The position numbers and the translations under genes were made by a program. A stretch of 64,000 nucleotides of DNA from the NCBI GenBank assembly GCA_963708025.1, contig CAVPSB010000013.1, positions 608,001 through 672,000 on the forward strand, in the 5' to 3' direction. Below the pieces are notes generated by a model. It did not search any database. It was given only the letters and a program-made list of their open reading frames with translations, and was not told the DNA's origin. Positions 19,269 through 30,471 of this stretch are shown piece by piece. Every line of letters starts with the position of its first letter. The first letter of the stretch is position 1. Source of the DNA: an uncultured Candidatus Rokubacteria bacterium. GTDB taxonomy: Bacteria > Methylomirabilota > Methylomirabilia > Rokubacteriales > DASRDR01.

Positions 19269-19586
19269 CTACTGGAGTGTGATCCGCCGCACCCAGTAGT
19301 AGCGGGCGATCCGGCGCACGTCGTCGGGCCGCACGCGGTTGAGGAGCACGGTCGGGCCGCGCACCCCGCTCACGACCCCGTAGCCCTGGAAGAGGCGGAC
19401 GTGGAAGTCCTCGGGGGCGAAGCCCAGCGTCACCGCCACGTTGACCAGCGGCTCCCGGTCGAGCGCGGCGCCAAGCCGCGCGTCGAGGCGTCCGGGCGCG
19501 CTGGCCGCGACGTACGTCTGCCAGGCGACGCCCAGCGCCGCCACCACGAGCAGGAACCGGACGGTGCGGTGGCGGAGCAGCCTCAC
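19269..19586 (-). CDS. Small hypothetical protein with N-terminal TM segment, last gene of the ABC operon
   Basis: GTG overlaps the permease stop; VRLLRHRTVRFLLVVAALGVAW...NVAVTLGFAPEDFHVRLFQGYG...ARYYWVRRI. Confidence 0.7.
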   Translation of the reverse strand: MRLLRHRTVRFLLVVAALGVAWQTYVAASAPGRLDARLGAALDREPLVNVAVTLGFAPEDFHVRLFQGYGVVSGVRGPTVLLNRVRPDDVRRIARYYWVRRITLQ

Positions 19587-20353
19587 GAGGTCACCAAGCC
19601 CCAGCGCTCGATCGTCCACCGCTCCAGGGGCTGGAGCAGCAGCCGGTCGGTCAGAAGCCACAGGAGGCCGATGGTGATGATCCCGACCAGGATGGCGTCC
19701 GTCTGGTGGAAGTTGTGGGCGTTGAAGATCAGGAAGCCGAGGCCGGTCGAGGTGGCGATCATCTCGGCGGCGATGAGGGCGCGCCAGCCGAAGCCGATGC
19801 TCATCCGGATGCCGGTGACGATGCTGGGCATGGCGCCGGGGATCAGCACCTGCCAGATGAGGTGGCGGCGCGACCCGCCCAGCGTGCGCACGGCCTGCTC
19901 GAAGATGCGGGGCACCGCCCGCACGCCGACCAGCGTGTTGAAGAAGACCAGGAAGAAGATCGTGTTGAACAGGATGAAGGTGACGCTGCCCCAGCCGAGC
20001 CCGAACCAGGTGATGGCGAGCGGCAGCCAGGCGATGCCCGACAGCGCGTTGAAGAAGCCTGCGATGGGCTCCAGCACGGGTGCCAGCCGGCGGTTCAGCC
20101 CCACCAGGACGCCGGCCCCGACGGCCACCGGCACGCTGACGACGATCGCGACGAGCAGCCGGCCCAGGCTGGCCCCGATGTTCACCCACAGCGAGCCGTC
20201 CGCCGCCATCTCCCAGCCGACGCGCGCCACCTCGCCGGGCCCCGGCAGGAAGATGGCCGGCAGCACGCCGGCCCGGCTCACGGCCGCCCAGGCGGCGAGC
20301 AGCACGGCGAAGGGCACGGCACCCCGGGCCGTCACCGCCAGTCGGCTCCTCAT
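19583..20353 (-). CDS. NitT/TauT ABC permease
   Basis: IAWLPL, QAVRTLGG, FGWRALIAAEM. Confidence 0.9.
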   Translation of the reverse strand: MRSRLAVTARGAVPFAVLLAAWAAVSRAGVLPAIFLPGPGEVARVGWEMAADGSLWVNIGASLGRLLVAIVVSVPVAVGAGVLVGLNRRLAPVLEPIAGFFNALSGIAWLPLAITWFGLGWGSVTFILFNTIFFLVFFNTLVGVRAVPRIFEQAVRTLGGSRRHLIWQVLIPGAMPSIVTGIRMSIGFGWRALIAAEMIATSTGLGFLIFNAHNFHQTDAILVGIITIGLLWLLTDRLLLQPLERWTIERWGLVTS

Positions 20354-21117
20354 CGCTGCACCAGGCCCCAGCGGCCGATGGTCCCCTCCTCCAGCGGGCG
20401 CAGGACGAAGTAGTCCAGCACGAGCCACAGGAGCCCGATCACCGCCATCCCGAGCATGATCCGGGCGGTGAGGTGGAACGATTGGGCGGTGAAGATCATG
20501 GACCCGAGGCCGTGGGCGCCGACCAGCATCTCCGCCGCGATCAGGGCGCGCCAGCCGTAGGCCAGGCCGAGGCGCAGGCCGGTGGCGATGCTCGGCAGCG
20601 CCCCGGGCAGCATCACGTCGCGCACGATGCGCCAGCGGGAGGCCCCGAGCGTCCGCAGGCCGTCGCCGTAGATCCGAGGCACGCTGCGCACCCCCAGCAG
20701 GGCGTTGAAGATCACCGGGAAGAGGACGGTGTAGTTCACGGCCACCAGGATCGTCCGCTCGCCGAAGCCGAACCAGACCAGCATCAGCGGGAGCCAGGCG
20801 ATACCCGACACCGACTGGAAGAAGTTCAGGATGGGATAGGCGAAGTCGGCCACCCGCCGGCTCACGCCGAGGACCAGGCCGAGCGGGACGCCCACCAGGG
20901 CGGCGACGAGGGCGGCCGTCACGATCCGGCGCAGGCTCTCGGCCACGTAGAAGGGGAGCATCCCCTTGGTCAGGAGCTCGCCGGCCGCCCCCAGCACCGC
21001 GGTCGGGGGCGGCAGGACGTACGGCGGCACCGGCAGCGTCGCCGCCACCAGGCTCCAGGCGGCGAAGAAGCCGGCCAGCAGGAGCCCCCACGTGACCGCA
21101 GCTTCCGCTCGAGTCAC
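20350..21117 (-). CDS. NitT/TauT ABC permease
   Basis: IAWLPL, RTLGAS, YGWRALIAAEM. Confidence 0.9.
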   Translation of the reverse strand: MTRAEAAVTWGLLLAGFFAAWSLVAATLPVPPYVLPPPTAVLGAAGELLTKGMLPFYVAESLRRIVTAALVAALVGVPLGLVLGVSRRVADFAYPILNFFQSVSGIAWLPLMLVWFGFGERTILVAVNYTVLFPVIFNALLGVRSVPRIYGDGLRTLGASRWRIVRDVMLPGALPSIATGLRLGLAYGWRALIAAEMLVGAHGLGSMIFTAQSFHLTARIMLGMAVIGLLWLVLDYFVLRPLEEGTIGRWGLVQR

Positions 21118-21268
21118 GTCAGCGCGCCTCCTCCCCTGACCTCAGCATGCCTCCCCGCGCGGACTCGTTCGGGCTGGGCTTCAAGGGTATCGAGGAAACG
21201 GTTCTGGTGCTCGCTCGCCGCTCGGCCGAGGACGAACACGAGTGCGGGCTCAGGCTGGCAGGTCGGCG

Positions 21269-21529
21269 CTACTTCTTCGGACGACGGGCAGGGATGCCAG
21301 TGAGCATGCCTTGCGCGCTCAGATCCTCGTCGATGTCCGGCCAATGCACGCCCTGGCCATCGCCGACGATCTCGTAGCGCAGACGCTGCTCCGGGGTCGC
21401 CTCTGAGAGCCTCCATGACCAGGCGAGTGGCACGCTGACGGTTCGGCCGTCGACCAGTTCGAACGTTACGAGGTCGTCCGTTACCGAGACGGCCTTCACG
21501 CGAGGCTCGATGCCAGCCGCAGTGTTCAT
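21269..21529 (-). CDS. DUF2442 family protein (putative antitoxin)
   Basis: ELVDGRTVSVPLAWSWRLSEATPEQ...GVHWPDIDEDLS, typical DUF2442; lower GC than neighbours. Confidence 0.85.
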   Translation of the reverse strand: MNTAAGIEPRVKAVSVTDDLVTFELVDGRTVSVPLAWSWRLSEATPEQRLRYEIVGDGQGVHWPDIDEDLSAQGMLTGIPARRPKK

Positions 21530-21604
21530 GCCATGCCTTGATGATTCCCCGAGGGTACCACGGCACCCAGGAACGTGGCTGCAGCCTGGAGGCGGTATCG
21601 GCTC

Positions 21605-22396
21605 TCAGGTCGGCGCTTCGCCACTTACCTCGGCGCGGACGAGCGTGAGGACGCGCTCCCGGGTCGCGTCGAAGGCCGGATCGCCCGCGACACGCTTCCA
21701 GGTGCGCTCCGCCCGCGGGACCGGCACCGGCACCAGCGCCTTCACGCGACCGGGCCGGCGGGAGAGCACGCAGCAGCGATCGCCGAGGAAGACCGCCTCC
21801 TCGACGTTGTGGGTCACGAAGAGGATCGTCTTCCCGGTGGCCCGGGCGATGGCGTTCAGCTCCTCCTGGAGCGTCATCCGCGTCTGGGCGTCGACCGCCG
21901 CGAACGGCTCGTCCATCAGCATCACCTGCGGGTCGGCGGCCAGCGTCCGCGCCACCGCCACGCGCTGCTTCATGCCGCCCGACAGCTCGTGGGGATACTT
22001 CTTCTCGAAGCCGGTCAGGCCGACCAGCTCCACGAAGTGGCGCACCCTCGCCGCGCGCTCGGCCTTCGGCATGCCCCGGATCTCGAGCCCGTGGGCGATG
22101 TTCCGCTCCGTGGTCCGCCAGGGCAGGATGGCCAGCTCCTGGAACACGACGCCGCGGTCCGGGCCGGGCCCGGCCACCGGCCGGCCGTCCAGCAAGACCT
22201 CGCCCCGGCTGGGCTGAACGAGCCCGGCCAGGATGCCCAGCAGCGTGCTCTTGCCGCACCCGCTGGGACCAACGACGGTCAGGAACTCGCCCTCGGGCAC
22301 CTCCAGGTCCACGCCGTCCAGCGCCACCACGCATTCCCGGGTGAAGCGGTTGACGTACTCGTGGTAGAGCCCCCGGACCGCGATCTTGGCCCCCAT
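21605..22396 (-). CDS. NitT/TauT ABC ATP-binding protein
   Basis: GPSGCGKST, LSGGMKQR, LMDEPF, FVTHNVEEA. Confidence 0.93.
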   Translation of the reverse strand: MGAKIAVRGLYHEYVNRFTRECVVALDGVDLEVPEGEFLTVVGPSGCGKSTLLGILAGLVQPSRGEVLLDGRPVAGPGPDRGVVFQELAILPWRTTERNIAHGLEIRGMPKAERAARVRHFVELVGLTGFEKKYPHELSGGMKQRVAVARTLAADPQVMLMDEPFAAVDAQTRMTLQEELNAIARATGKTILFVTHNVEEAVFLGDRCCVLSRRPGRVKALVPVPVPRAERTWKRVAGDPAFDATRERVLTLVRAEVSGEAPT

Positions 22397-22419
22397 CGGC
22401 GGCGGTCCGCCCCGCCGGG

Positions 22420-23433
22420 TCAGGAGGCGGGCTTCAGGTCGGCGAAGAACTGGGGGTGGCTCTTCATCACCTTCTCGATGAAGCGGAGCTCGAGCCCCTT
22501 CGCCGACGGCACCGGCGCCCGGAGCTTTTTCTGCTCCAGCAGGATCTGGACGTTCTCGTCCCACGCCGCGACGGTGTGGGACGTGATCCTGGCATCGAAG
22601 ACCATCTGGGCCAGCGCCTTCTTCGCGACGGCGACTTCCAGGCCCGGGATCCAGCGGGTCGAGATCTCGGCGGCCTCGTCGGGGTTCTTCCGCGTGTACC
22701 AGGTCGCCTCGGCCGTCCCGAGGACGTAGCGCTCCACGAGGTCCGGGCTCTTCTCGATCACCTCGTCCCGCACCGCCATGTTGATGTAGTAGCCGATGTA
22801 GCCGCCGCCGCGACTCAGCAGCACCGCGTCCGGGACCTTGGCCTCGATCTGGGAGCCGAACGGCTCCCAGCAGGCGACCGCCTCGACGCTGCCGCCCTGG
22901 AGCGCCGACAGGATGTTCCCGGGCGGCACGTTGAGCACCTGCAGCTTCTCGCGCGGCACGCCCTTCTTCTTCAGCACCACGCCCAGGTACTCGTCGGCGG
23001 TCCCGCCGACCGGCGTGCCGAGCTTCCGCCCCGCCAGGTCCTCGATCTTCGTGATGCCGGTGCCCTTGCGCGTCCAGATCGTGACCGACTGGTCCCAGTA
23101 CCGGCCGCTGCGGTCCCCCATCATCCCCACCACGCCGCGGGCGGCCATGCCCGCCTGGACGGCCAGCGGGAAGTTCGAGTAGGCGGAGCCGATGATCTCG
23201 ACCTCGCCGGCCTGGAGGGCCTTGGCCATCTCCTGGCCCGTGCCGAGCACCTTGAGCTTCAGGTCGATGCCGTGCTTGAGGAAGATGCCCTTCTCCACGC
23301 CGACGAAGCTCGGGACGTGGTTCATGTTGTTGCCCACCGCCGCCGTCAGCACCGCTGGCTGCTGGGCCGCGGCCGACCCGAGGAGGGCAGCGACCACGAT
23401 CCCGACGATCACGCTCGACAGCTTCCTCATCAT
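22420..23433 (-). CDS. NitT/TauT ABC substrate-binding protein
   Basis: Signal peptide; DLAGRKLG, CWEPF; paralog of 45741-46844. Confidence 0.88.
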   Translation of the reverse strand: MMRKLSSVIVGIVVAALLGSAAAQQPAVLTAAVGNNMNHVPSFVGVEKGIFLKHGIDLKLKVLGTGQEMAKALQAGEVEIIGSAYSNFPLAVQAGMAARGVVGMMGDRSGRYWDQSVTIWTRKGTGITKIEDLAGRKLGTPVGGTADEYLGVVLKKKGVPREKLQVLNVPPGNILSALQGGSVEAVACWEPFGSQIEAKVPDAVLLSRGGGYIGYYINMAVRDEVIEKSPDLVERYVLGTAEATWYTRKNPDEAAEISTRWIPGLEVAVAKKALAQMVFDARITSHTVAAWDENVQILLEQKKLRAPVPSAKGLELRFIEKVMKSHPQFFADLKPAS

Positions 23434-23453
23434 CGTGTCCCCTTTCCGAGCAT

Positions 23454-23600
23454 TCACTGGATGACCTCGTCCGCCCGCGCCAGGAGCGATTGTGGGATCG
23501 TGAGGCCGAGCGCCTTCGCGGTCTTCAAATTCACCACCAGCTCGAACTTCGTAGGCTGCTCGACGGGGAGCTCGCTGGGCTGGGCGCCCTTGAGGATCGG
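23454..23600 (-). pseudogene. Isolated C-terminal fragment of an ABC_sub_bind protein
   Basis: Reads [47 protein letters not shown] with no upstream part. Confidence 0.8.
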
Positions 23601-23638
23601 TCGATCTGAGCGGCCAGACGCGGGACGTCATCACTCCG

Positions 23639-26020
23639 TCACGGGCTCGCCTTGCGCACCTCGCAGAGATAGGAGCGCAGGGGCACGGTGCCGCTGATCG
23701 GATCGGCCACGTCGGTGTCGATCAGCGCGTTGTAGTTCGCGCTGCCGGGGCCGTCGACGGCGTAGCCGGGCAGCCCCAGCGGCTCGCACGCCTGCCACCA
23801 GCCGAACTGGGCGCACACCACGTCATGGGCCAGGCTGCCGTTGAAGCGAGCGCGCCCTCGCATGGTGGCCCGGGGCGTCTCGACGAGCACCCAGTCGTCG
23901 GCGGCGATGCCCCGGGGTCCCGCCGCGGCCGGATGCAGCTCGACGAGGGGATCGGGGCTGTGCCGGCGGAGCCGGGGGAGGCTCCGGTGCTGGCTGTGGC
24001 AGAACTGGACGACCTTGGCCGAGGTCAGGACCAGCGGGTAGCGGGCGGCGAGATCGGGCCGGCTGACCGGGCTCGCCGCCGGCTCGACGTAGCGCGGCAG
24101 CGCCGCCTGGCCATGGTCCAGGAAGCGCTGGGCGTAGATCTCGACGCGCCGGCTCGGCGTCGCGAACCCCGTCCGGCCGCCGCCGGCGGTCGGCTCCGCG
24201 TACTTCCGGTAGCGGGTCTCGAGGGGCACCCGCACGCCCCCCGGATTCGCCCGCAGCTCCTCGAGCGTGACCCCTGAGGGCGCCAGCACCCAGCGGTGGC
24301 CGGCATCCGGGTCCCCGCCGAAGAACTGCTCGGCCAGCCCCAGGCGCCGGGCCAGCTCGCAGACGATCCAGGTGTCCGAGCGGGACTCGCCCCGGGGCGC
24401 GACGACCGGCGCGCGGAGCTGGATGTGCGCCTCCCCGTCCAGGGTCGGGCCGAACCCGGCCCGCAGCCCTTCGCGCTCCCAGGCCGAGGCGACCGGGAGC
24501 ACCACGTCGGCCAGCGCCGCGGTCGGCGTCATGAACAGGTCGGCGTAGACCAGGAACTCCAGCCGCGACAGCGCCGCACGTCCCAGCTCGGCGTCGGGCT
24601 GGGAGAGGAGCGGGTTCGCGCCGAAGCCGACCAGCCCCCGCACCGGGTACGGCTGGCCGGACAGGATCGCCCGGTAGACGTCGCGGGCCGTCACCCAGCC
24701 GTGGCGCCCCGGGCCCAGCGGGCGCTCGGCGAACCCGAGGGTCTTCGCCCACGCCGACTCGGGGACGAGCCCGCGGCCACCCAGGTCGTTGACGGCGGGG
24801 CGGCTCGGCCGGACGTTCCCGCCCGGCGCGTCGAGGCTGCCGGTCAGCGCGTAAAGCAGCGAGATCGCCCGGACCGTCTGGCGTGGCGTTGGTGTGCTGC
24901 TCGAGCCCCGTCCAGTGGAAGTACGCCACCGGGCGGCGCTCCCAGAGCAGGCGCGCCGTCTCGACGACCTGCCGGGCGGGCACCCCGGTGACCTGCTCGA
25001 CGCGCGCCGGCGGGTACTCCCGGCAGAGCGCGGCGTAGCGCTCGAAGGCCGGGCGGCAGGCGACGGGTCCCGCCGGCGTCGCGCAGGTCGCCGATCCGAG
25101 CAGCAGGGGCTCGTCGACGGGCGCCGCGAACCGGGCGGTCCCCGGATCGTACCCGACCGGCCGGGCGCCGGCGCCGTCCCAGGCCACGTAGGGCGCGGCC
25201 GCGCCGGGCGCCGCGAGGTCGGCCGCGGTGAGGAAGCGGTCGGTGTCGTCACGCACGAGGAACGGGCCCGTGCTCCAGTCGCGGATGAAGTCCCGATCGT
25301 ACCAGCCCTCGGCGATCATCACGCCGGCCAGGCCGAGCGCCAGCGCGCCGTCGGTGCCGGGCCGCACGCGGAGCCACTGGTCCGCCCGGCCGGCCAGCCC
25401 CGCCCGGCGAGGATCGACGACGATCAGCGCCGCGCCACGGGCCTCGGCGTCGGCGGCGGCCGTGGCCTGGGCCAGGAAGGAGGTCGAGGGGTTGTGTCCC
25501 CAGAGGAGCAGGCATCTCCGTGCGGGCGAAGTCCGGGGACGCCGATGTCGGCGCCGAAGGTGTACGCGGTCGCGTAGTCGCGATGCCAGGCGCACAGCTC
25601 CTCGCCCCAGATCGTGTTCGGGCTGCCGAAGAGCCGGATGAGCCGGTCGATCCAGGGGAAGGCGTCCGACACCGCGGTGCCGGCCGGCGTGGTCACCGCG
25701 AAGGCGACGGCCTCGGGACCCTCCCGGGCGACCGCCTCCCGCATCCGGGCCGCGGTCCAGTCGAGCGCCTCGTCCCAGGTGATCCGCACCCAGCCGGGGT
25801 CCGGATCCCCCTTGGGGCGCGTGCGCCGCAGCGGGTGGAGGAGCCGGTCGGCCGCGTGGACCAGGTCGGGCGCGGCCCGCCCCTTGACGCACAGGCTCTG
25901 GCCGGTCGGGTGGCGGGGATCGGGCTCGACCGCGACCAGCCGGCCGTCGTCGACGACGGAGATGCAGCCGCAGCGCGACCGGCACAGCGCGCAGAACCCC
26001 GGGATGCGCTCAGTCGTCAT
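23639..26020 (-). CDS. Molybdopterin (bis-MGD) oxidoreductase with N-terminal 4Fe-4S motif; frameshifts near 25530 and 24885
   Basis: CALCRSRC...C, LCVKG, DQWLRVRPGTDGALAL, ADVVLPVA, C-terminal HSQHR domain spread over three frames. Confidence 0.85.
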
Positions 26021-26083
26021 GGGCAGATCCCCCGGTGGCCTCGGTGAAGTGGCCGGATGATACCACGCCCGTGCGTGCAGCCG

Positions 26084-28236
26084 TCAGGCGCGGCGAAGCG
26101 CCTCGGGACGGATCGGAAGCTGGCGCACCCGCCGGCCGGTGGCCGCGAAGATGGCGTTGCCGACCGCGGGGGCGACCGGCGCCACCCCGGACTCCCCGAC
26201 GCCCCCCGGGGGCTCGGGGCTCGGCACGATGTGGACCTCGATCACCGGCACCTCGTGCATGCGGAGCAGCGGGTAGTCGTGGAAGTTCGACTGCTGGACG
26301 CGCCCTCGCTCGATCGTGATGGCGCCCTTGAGCACCGCGCTCAGGCCGAAGACGATCCCGCCTTCCATCTGGGCCGTCACCGTGTCGGGGTTCACCACGA
26401 TGCCGCAGTCGATCGCGCAGACCACGCGCTCGACGCGCACGCTCCCGTCCTTCGCGACCGCCACCTCGGCCACCTGGGCCAGGTACGAGCCGAACGACCC
26501 CCCGTGGAGCGCGATGCCGCGGCCCCGGCCCGCGCCGAGCGGCGTGCCCCAGCCGGCCCGGGCCGCGGCCAGATCGAGCACGCCCCGGTATCGGGGCTGG
26601 CCGACGAGCAGCTCGCGGCGCAGCTCGACCGGGTCGCGCCCGGAGGCCGCCGCGACCTCGTCGAGGAAGCACTCCGTCATGAAGGGGTTGTAGGACTCGC
26701 CGACCGAGCGCCAGTACCCGACGGGGACGCCGGTCTCCTTCCGCGTGTACTGCACCTCCAGGTTCGGGATCGCGTAGGGCAGGCTGGTCGCGCCCATCAG
26801 GGAGGTGACGTCGATCCCCTTCTCGAGCTGCTCCGGGGCGAGGCGGCCGAGGATCGACGGCCCCACGACGTGCTGGGTCCACGCCACCGGCCGCCGCTCG
26901 CGGTCGAGCCCGGCTCGCAGCACGCCGAGGGTCGCCGCGCGGTAGAGATCGTGACGGATGTCGTCCTCCCGGGTCCACACGACCTGGACCGGTGCGCCGG
27001 TCGCCTTGGCGACGTGTGCCGCCTCCTCGACGAAGTCCACCTCCGAGCGGCGGCCGAACCCGCCGCCGAGGAAGGTCGTGTGGACGCGGACGGCGGCGGG
27101 CGGCAGCCCGGTGATCGTGGCCACGACGTCGCGCGTCGCCTCCTGGTGCTGCGTGGGCGCCCACACGTCGCAGCCATCGGCGCGGACGTGGACCGTGCAG
27201 GTCTGGGGCTCCATGGTCGCGTGGGCCAGGAACGGGACCTCGTAGGTGGCCTCGAGCCGGCGGGCCGCGCCCGCCAGCGCCCGGGCCGGATCGCCCTCCC
27301 GCCGGGCGACGGCGCCCGGCCGGGCGGCCGCGGCGCGCAGGGCGCGGGTGATGGCGGCGCTGGAGACGGTCCGGTTCGGGCCCTCGCTCCACTTGACCAC
27401 GAGCGCCTCGCGCCCGAGCTTGGCCGGCCAGAAGGCGTCGGCGACGACGGCCACGCCCGAGGGGACCTGGACGACGACCCGGACCCCCTTGACCGCTTTC
27501 GCCCGGCTCGCGTCCAGGCTCGCCAGGGTGCCGCCGAAGACCGGGCAGCGGGCCACCGTCGCGAACAGCAGCCCGGGCAGGCGGACGTCGAGACCGAAGA
27601 CGGCGCTCCCGTCGACCTTGGCCGGGATGTCGAGCCGTGGCACCGGTCGCCCGATCAGCCGGAACTCGCCCGGGCTCCTTGAGCCGTGGGTTCTGCGGGA
27701 ACGGGCAGCGTCGCCGCCTTCTCGGCCAGCTCGCCATAGGACAGGCGGCGGCCGGTCGCCCGGTGCCACACGACCCCCTGCTCGGCGCGGCAGCTCTCCG
27801 GCGGTACGCCCCACTCCCGGGCCGCGGCCGCCACCAGCATCTCCCGGGCGGCGGCGCCCGCCTGGCGGAGCGGAAGCCAGGAGCCGCGCACGCTCGTGTC
27901 GCCGGTCGTGGCCTGGACCCCTTCGATCGCGTCCCGGTAGGCGGGATCGACGGGCGCCGACTGGATCCGGACCGTGGACCACTCGGCTTCCAGCTCGTCC
28001 GCCACCAGCACCGCCATCGAGGTCAGGGAGCCCTGCCCCATCTCCGACTTCGCCACGACGATCGTGACGGCGCCCTGGGCGTCGATCCGCACCCAGGCGT
28101 TGGGGGCGAACACGGCGTCCGTCTCGGCGCCGCCCGCCGGGCGGCCGAGCGGCAGCTCCACGCCGACCACCAGCCCGGCGCCGAGGGCGAGGCCGCCCTC
28201 GAGGAGCGCCCGGCGGCTCAGCCGGCGGCCGCTCAT
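26084..28236 (-). CDS. Xanthine dehydrogenase family Mo-cofactor subunit (IorB-like), frameshift near 27690
   Basis: Tat-like [50 protein letters not shown]. Confidence 0.88.
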
Positions 28237-28701
28237 CGGCTGGCTCCGCGCGCCATCGCCGCCGCCCGGTGGATGGCCCGGCGGATCCGCACGTAGGTCC
28301 CACAGCGGCAGAGGTTCCCGGACATCACGGCGTCGATGTCGGCATCGCTCGGGTCCGGCTTGGCGGCCAGGAGCGCGGCCGCCGACATGATCTGCCCCGG
28401 CTGGCAGTAGCCGCACTGGGGCACCTCCTCGGCGATCCACGCCTTCTGGAGGGGATGGCTCCGGCTCTCGGACAGGCCTTCGATGGTCGTCACGGCCTTG
28501 CCGGCGGCGAGCGAGACCGGGGTCACGCAGGACCGGACCGGCTGCCCGTCGAGGTGGACGGTGCACGACGCCGCACAGGGCCATCCCGCAGCCGAACTTC
28601 GTCCCGGTCAGGCCGAGGGCATCGCGCAGCACCCAGAGCAGCGGCGTGGCGCCGTCGACGTCGACCGTCCGGCTCTGGCCGTTCACGACGAGCTGCAGCA
28701 T
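28233..28701 (-). CDS. 2Fe-2S small subunit (IorA-like), frameshift near 28567
   Basis: [14 protein letters not shown] then [11 protein letters not shown]...NLCRCGTY in another frame. Confidence 0.88.
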
Positions 28702-28816
28702 GGCTCCTCCCTCTCACGCGCATCCGGGCGCGGCGATCCAGTCTATCAAGAATGCGCCTGTCCTCCGGTCCCCCCTTCGATTACCATCGTCCCGAATGGC
28801 GGGGGAGGGACAGCGG

Positions 28817-29413
28817 ATGCATCGGTGGCGCCGGTACGGGATCGTCGTCGGCATCGTGGTGGGTGCGAGCGCTCCCGCGGCCGGGGTCTCCGCCCAGACG
28901 CCGCGCGAAGCGGCCCTCGCCGCCTTTTCCCACCTCCATCGGGTCGCCACGCACCCCCGGTGCACGAACTGCCACTCCCCGTCCGACCGACCGCTGAACG
29001 GCGATCGGACGCGCGGGAGCCGGCCCCACGACATGAACATCTCGCGCGGGATCCAGGCGCTCGGCACGCCGTGCGCCACCTGCCATCAGGAGCGCAACCT
29101 GCCGGGACGGAACATGCCCCCGGGCGCGCCCCACTGGACCATGCCCGAGGACGCCGACAAGGCCATCACGCGAGCGACGTCGCCCCGCGAGCTCTGCGCG
29201 ACGTGGAAGGATGCGCGGAAGAATCGCTTCGAGAGCGGAGACCGCCGGGGCCAGCCGCGAGCCGATCCGGACCTCTTCGTCCACGTGACGACGGATCCGC
29301 TGGTCCGGTGGGCCTGGGAGCCCGGGGACGGTCGGGAGCGCGCGCCCGGGACCCACGCGCAGTTCGTTCAGCGATTCGCCGTCTGGATCAAGGGCGGCGC
29401 TCCGTGCCCGTGA
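28817..29413 (+). CDS. Exported diheme c-type cytochrome associated with the Ior-type oxidoreductase
   Basis: Signal peptide; HPRCTNCH and CATCHQ; PPGAPHW; divergent from iorA/B. Confidence 0.8.
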   Translation: MHRWRRYGIVVGIVVGASAPAAGVSAQTPREAALAAFSHLHRVATHPRCTNCHSPSDRPLNGDRTRGSRPHDMNISRGIQALGTPCATCHQERNLPGRNMPPGAPHWTMPEDADKAITRATSPRELCATWKDARKNRFESGDRRGQPRADPDLFVHVTTDPLVRWAWEPGDGRERAPGTHAQFVQRFAVWIKGGAPCP

Positions 29414-29458
29414 CCGGCCGCCGCCGGCGGCGATCGCGGCGAGCTCGACCTCGGCCGA

Positions 29459-30446
29459 TCAGCGCCGGAGCGCCGCGATCAGCGGGGCGAAGCTGCTCGA
29501 TCCCGCGCGCGCCCGGCGGATCGACGACGTTGACCGTGACGTGCCCGGCGCCGGCCGCCTCGAGCGACCGCAGGTGGGCCAGGATCTCGTCCGGGGTGCC
29601 GTGCCGGGCGGGGAACCGCGCGGCGTCCAGGGCGTACTCGGCGACGCCGTTCCGCGGGGGCCCGACCTGCCAGGCCGGATCCACGGGGTCCCCGGTCGCC
29701 AGCGCGACCCGGGTTCCCGCCGAGCGCGCGATCGATTTCGGGTCCCGGCCCACCTCGGCGCAGGCGGCGTCCAGCGCCGCGTACCGCTGGGCGAGGGCGT
29801 CGGCGGTGAACTGGTAGTCGGTGTCGTAGGTGTCGGCGTACCGGGCGGCCAGCCGCAGCATCCGGGGTCCCTGGGCGCCGATCATGATGGGCGGGCCAGC
29901 CGGCCGCGGTCCCCGGGGCTGGAGCTCGCAGTCCCGCGCCTGGTAGTACTTCCCCTGGAAGTCCACGCGACCCTCCCGGAGCAGCGGCACGATGATCCGG
30001 AGCGCTTCCTCGAAGCGGCTGACCCGGTCGGCGAACGGGAAGCCGTATGCCTCGTACTCCGGCTGGTGCCAGCCGGCGCCGAGCCCGAGGATCAGACGGC
30101 CGTCGCTGATCTCGTCGAGCGTGGACGCCATCTTCGCGAGCAGCGCCGGGTTCCGGAAGCTGGCGCAGGCCATCAGCGGCCCGAGGTGAATGCGGCTGGT
30201 GGCCTCGGCCGCCGCGCTCAGGATCGACCACGCCTCCCAGATCCCCCGCGTCTTCCCGGCGGGCAGGTCCATGGCCGGCACGTTGCCCGGCGGCGACCGG
30301 CGGAAGAGCAGGTGGTCCGGGACCATCAGCGTGTCGAAGCCGACCGCCTCGGCCAGCTTCACGAGCTCGCGAAGCTCGCGCCAGCGGGGCGGTCGGTTCC
30401 CGCCCAGCGCGCCCGACCCCACCGGCAGCATCATCCCGAGCTTCAT
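29459..30446 (-). CDS. LLM class flavin-dependent oxidoreductase; frameshift close to the 3' end
   Basis: AEAVGFDTLMVPDH, RNPALLAKMASTLDEISDGRLILGLGAGW; natural end FAPLIAALRR* at 29459 is one base out of frame. Confidence 0.88.
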
Positions 30447-30471
30447 ATCTGGGTCCTTTCCCGATAGCCGG

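Noticed and set aside
23639-26020. Selenocysteine or programmed frameshifting in the molybdopterin oxidoreductase
   Set aside because: The likely Mo ligand is Cys (EELCAWH); the breaks are indels with no slippery sequence seen
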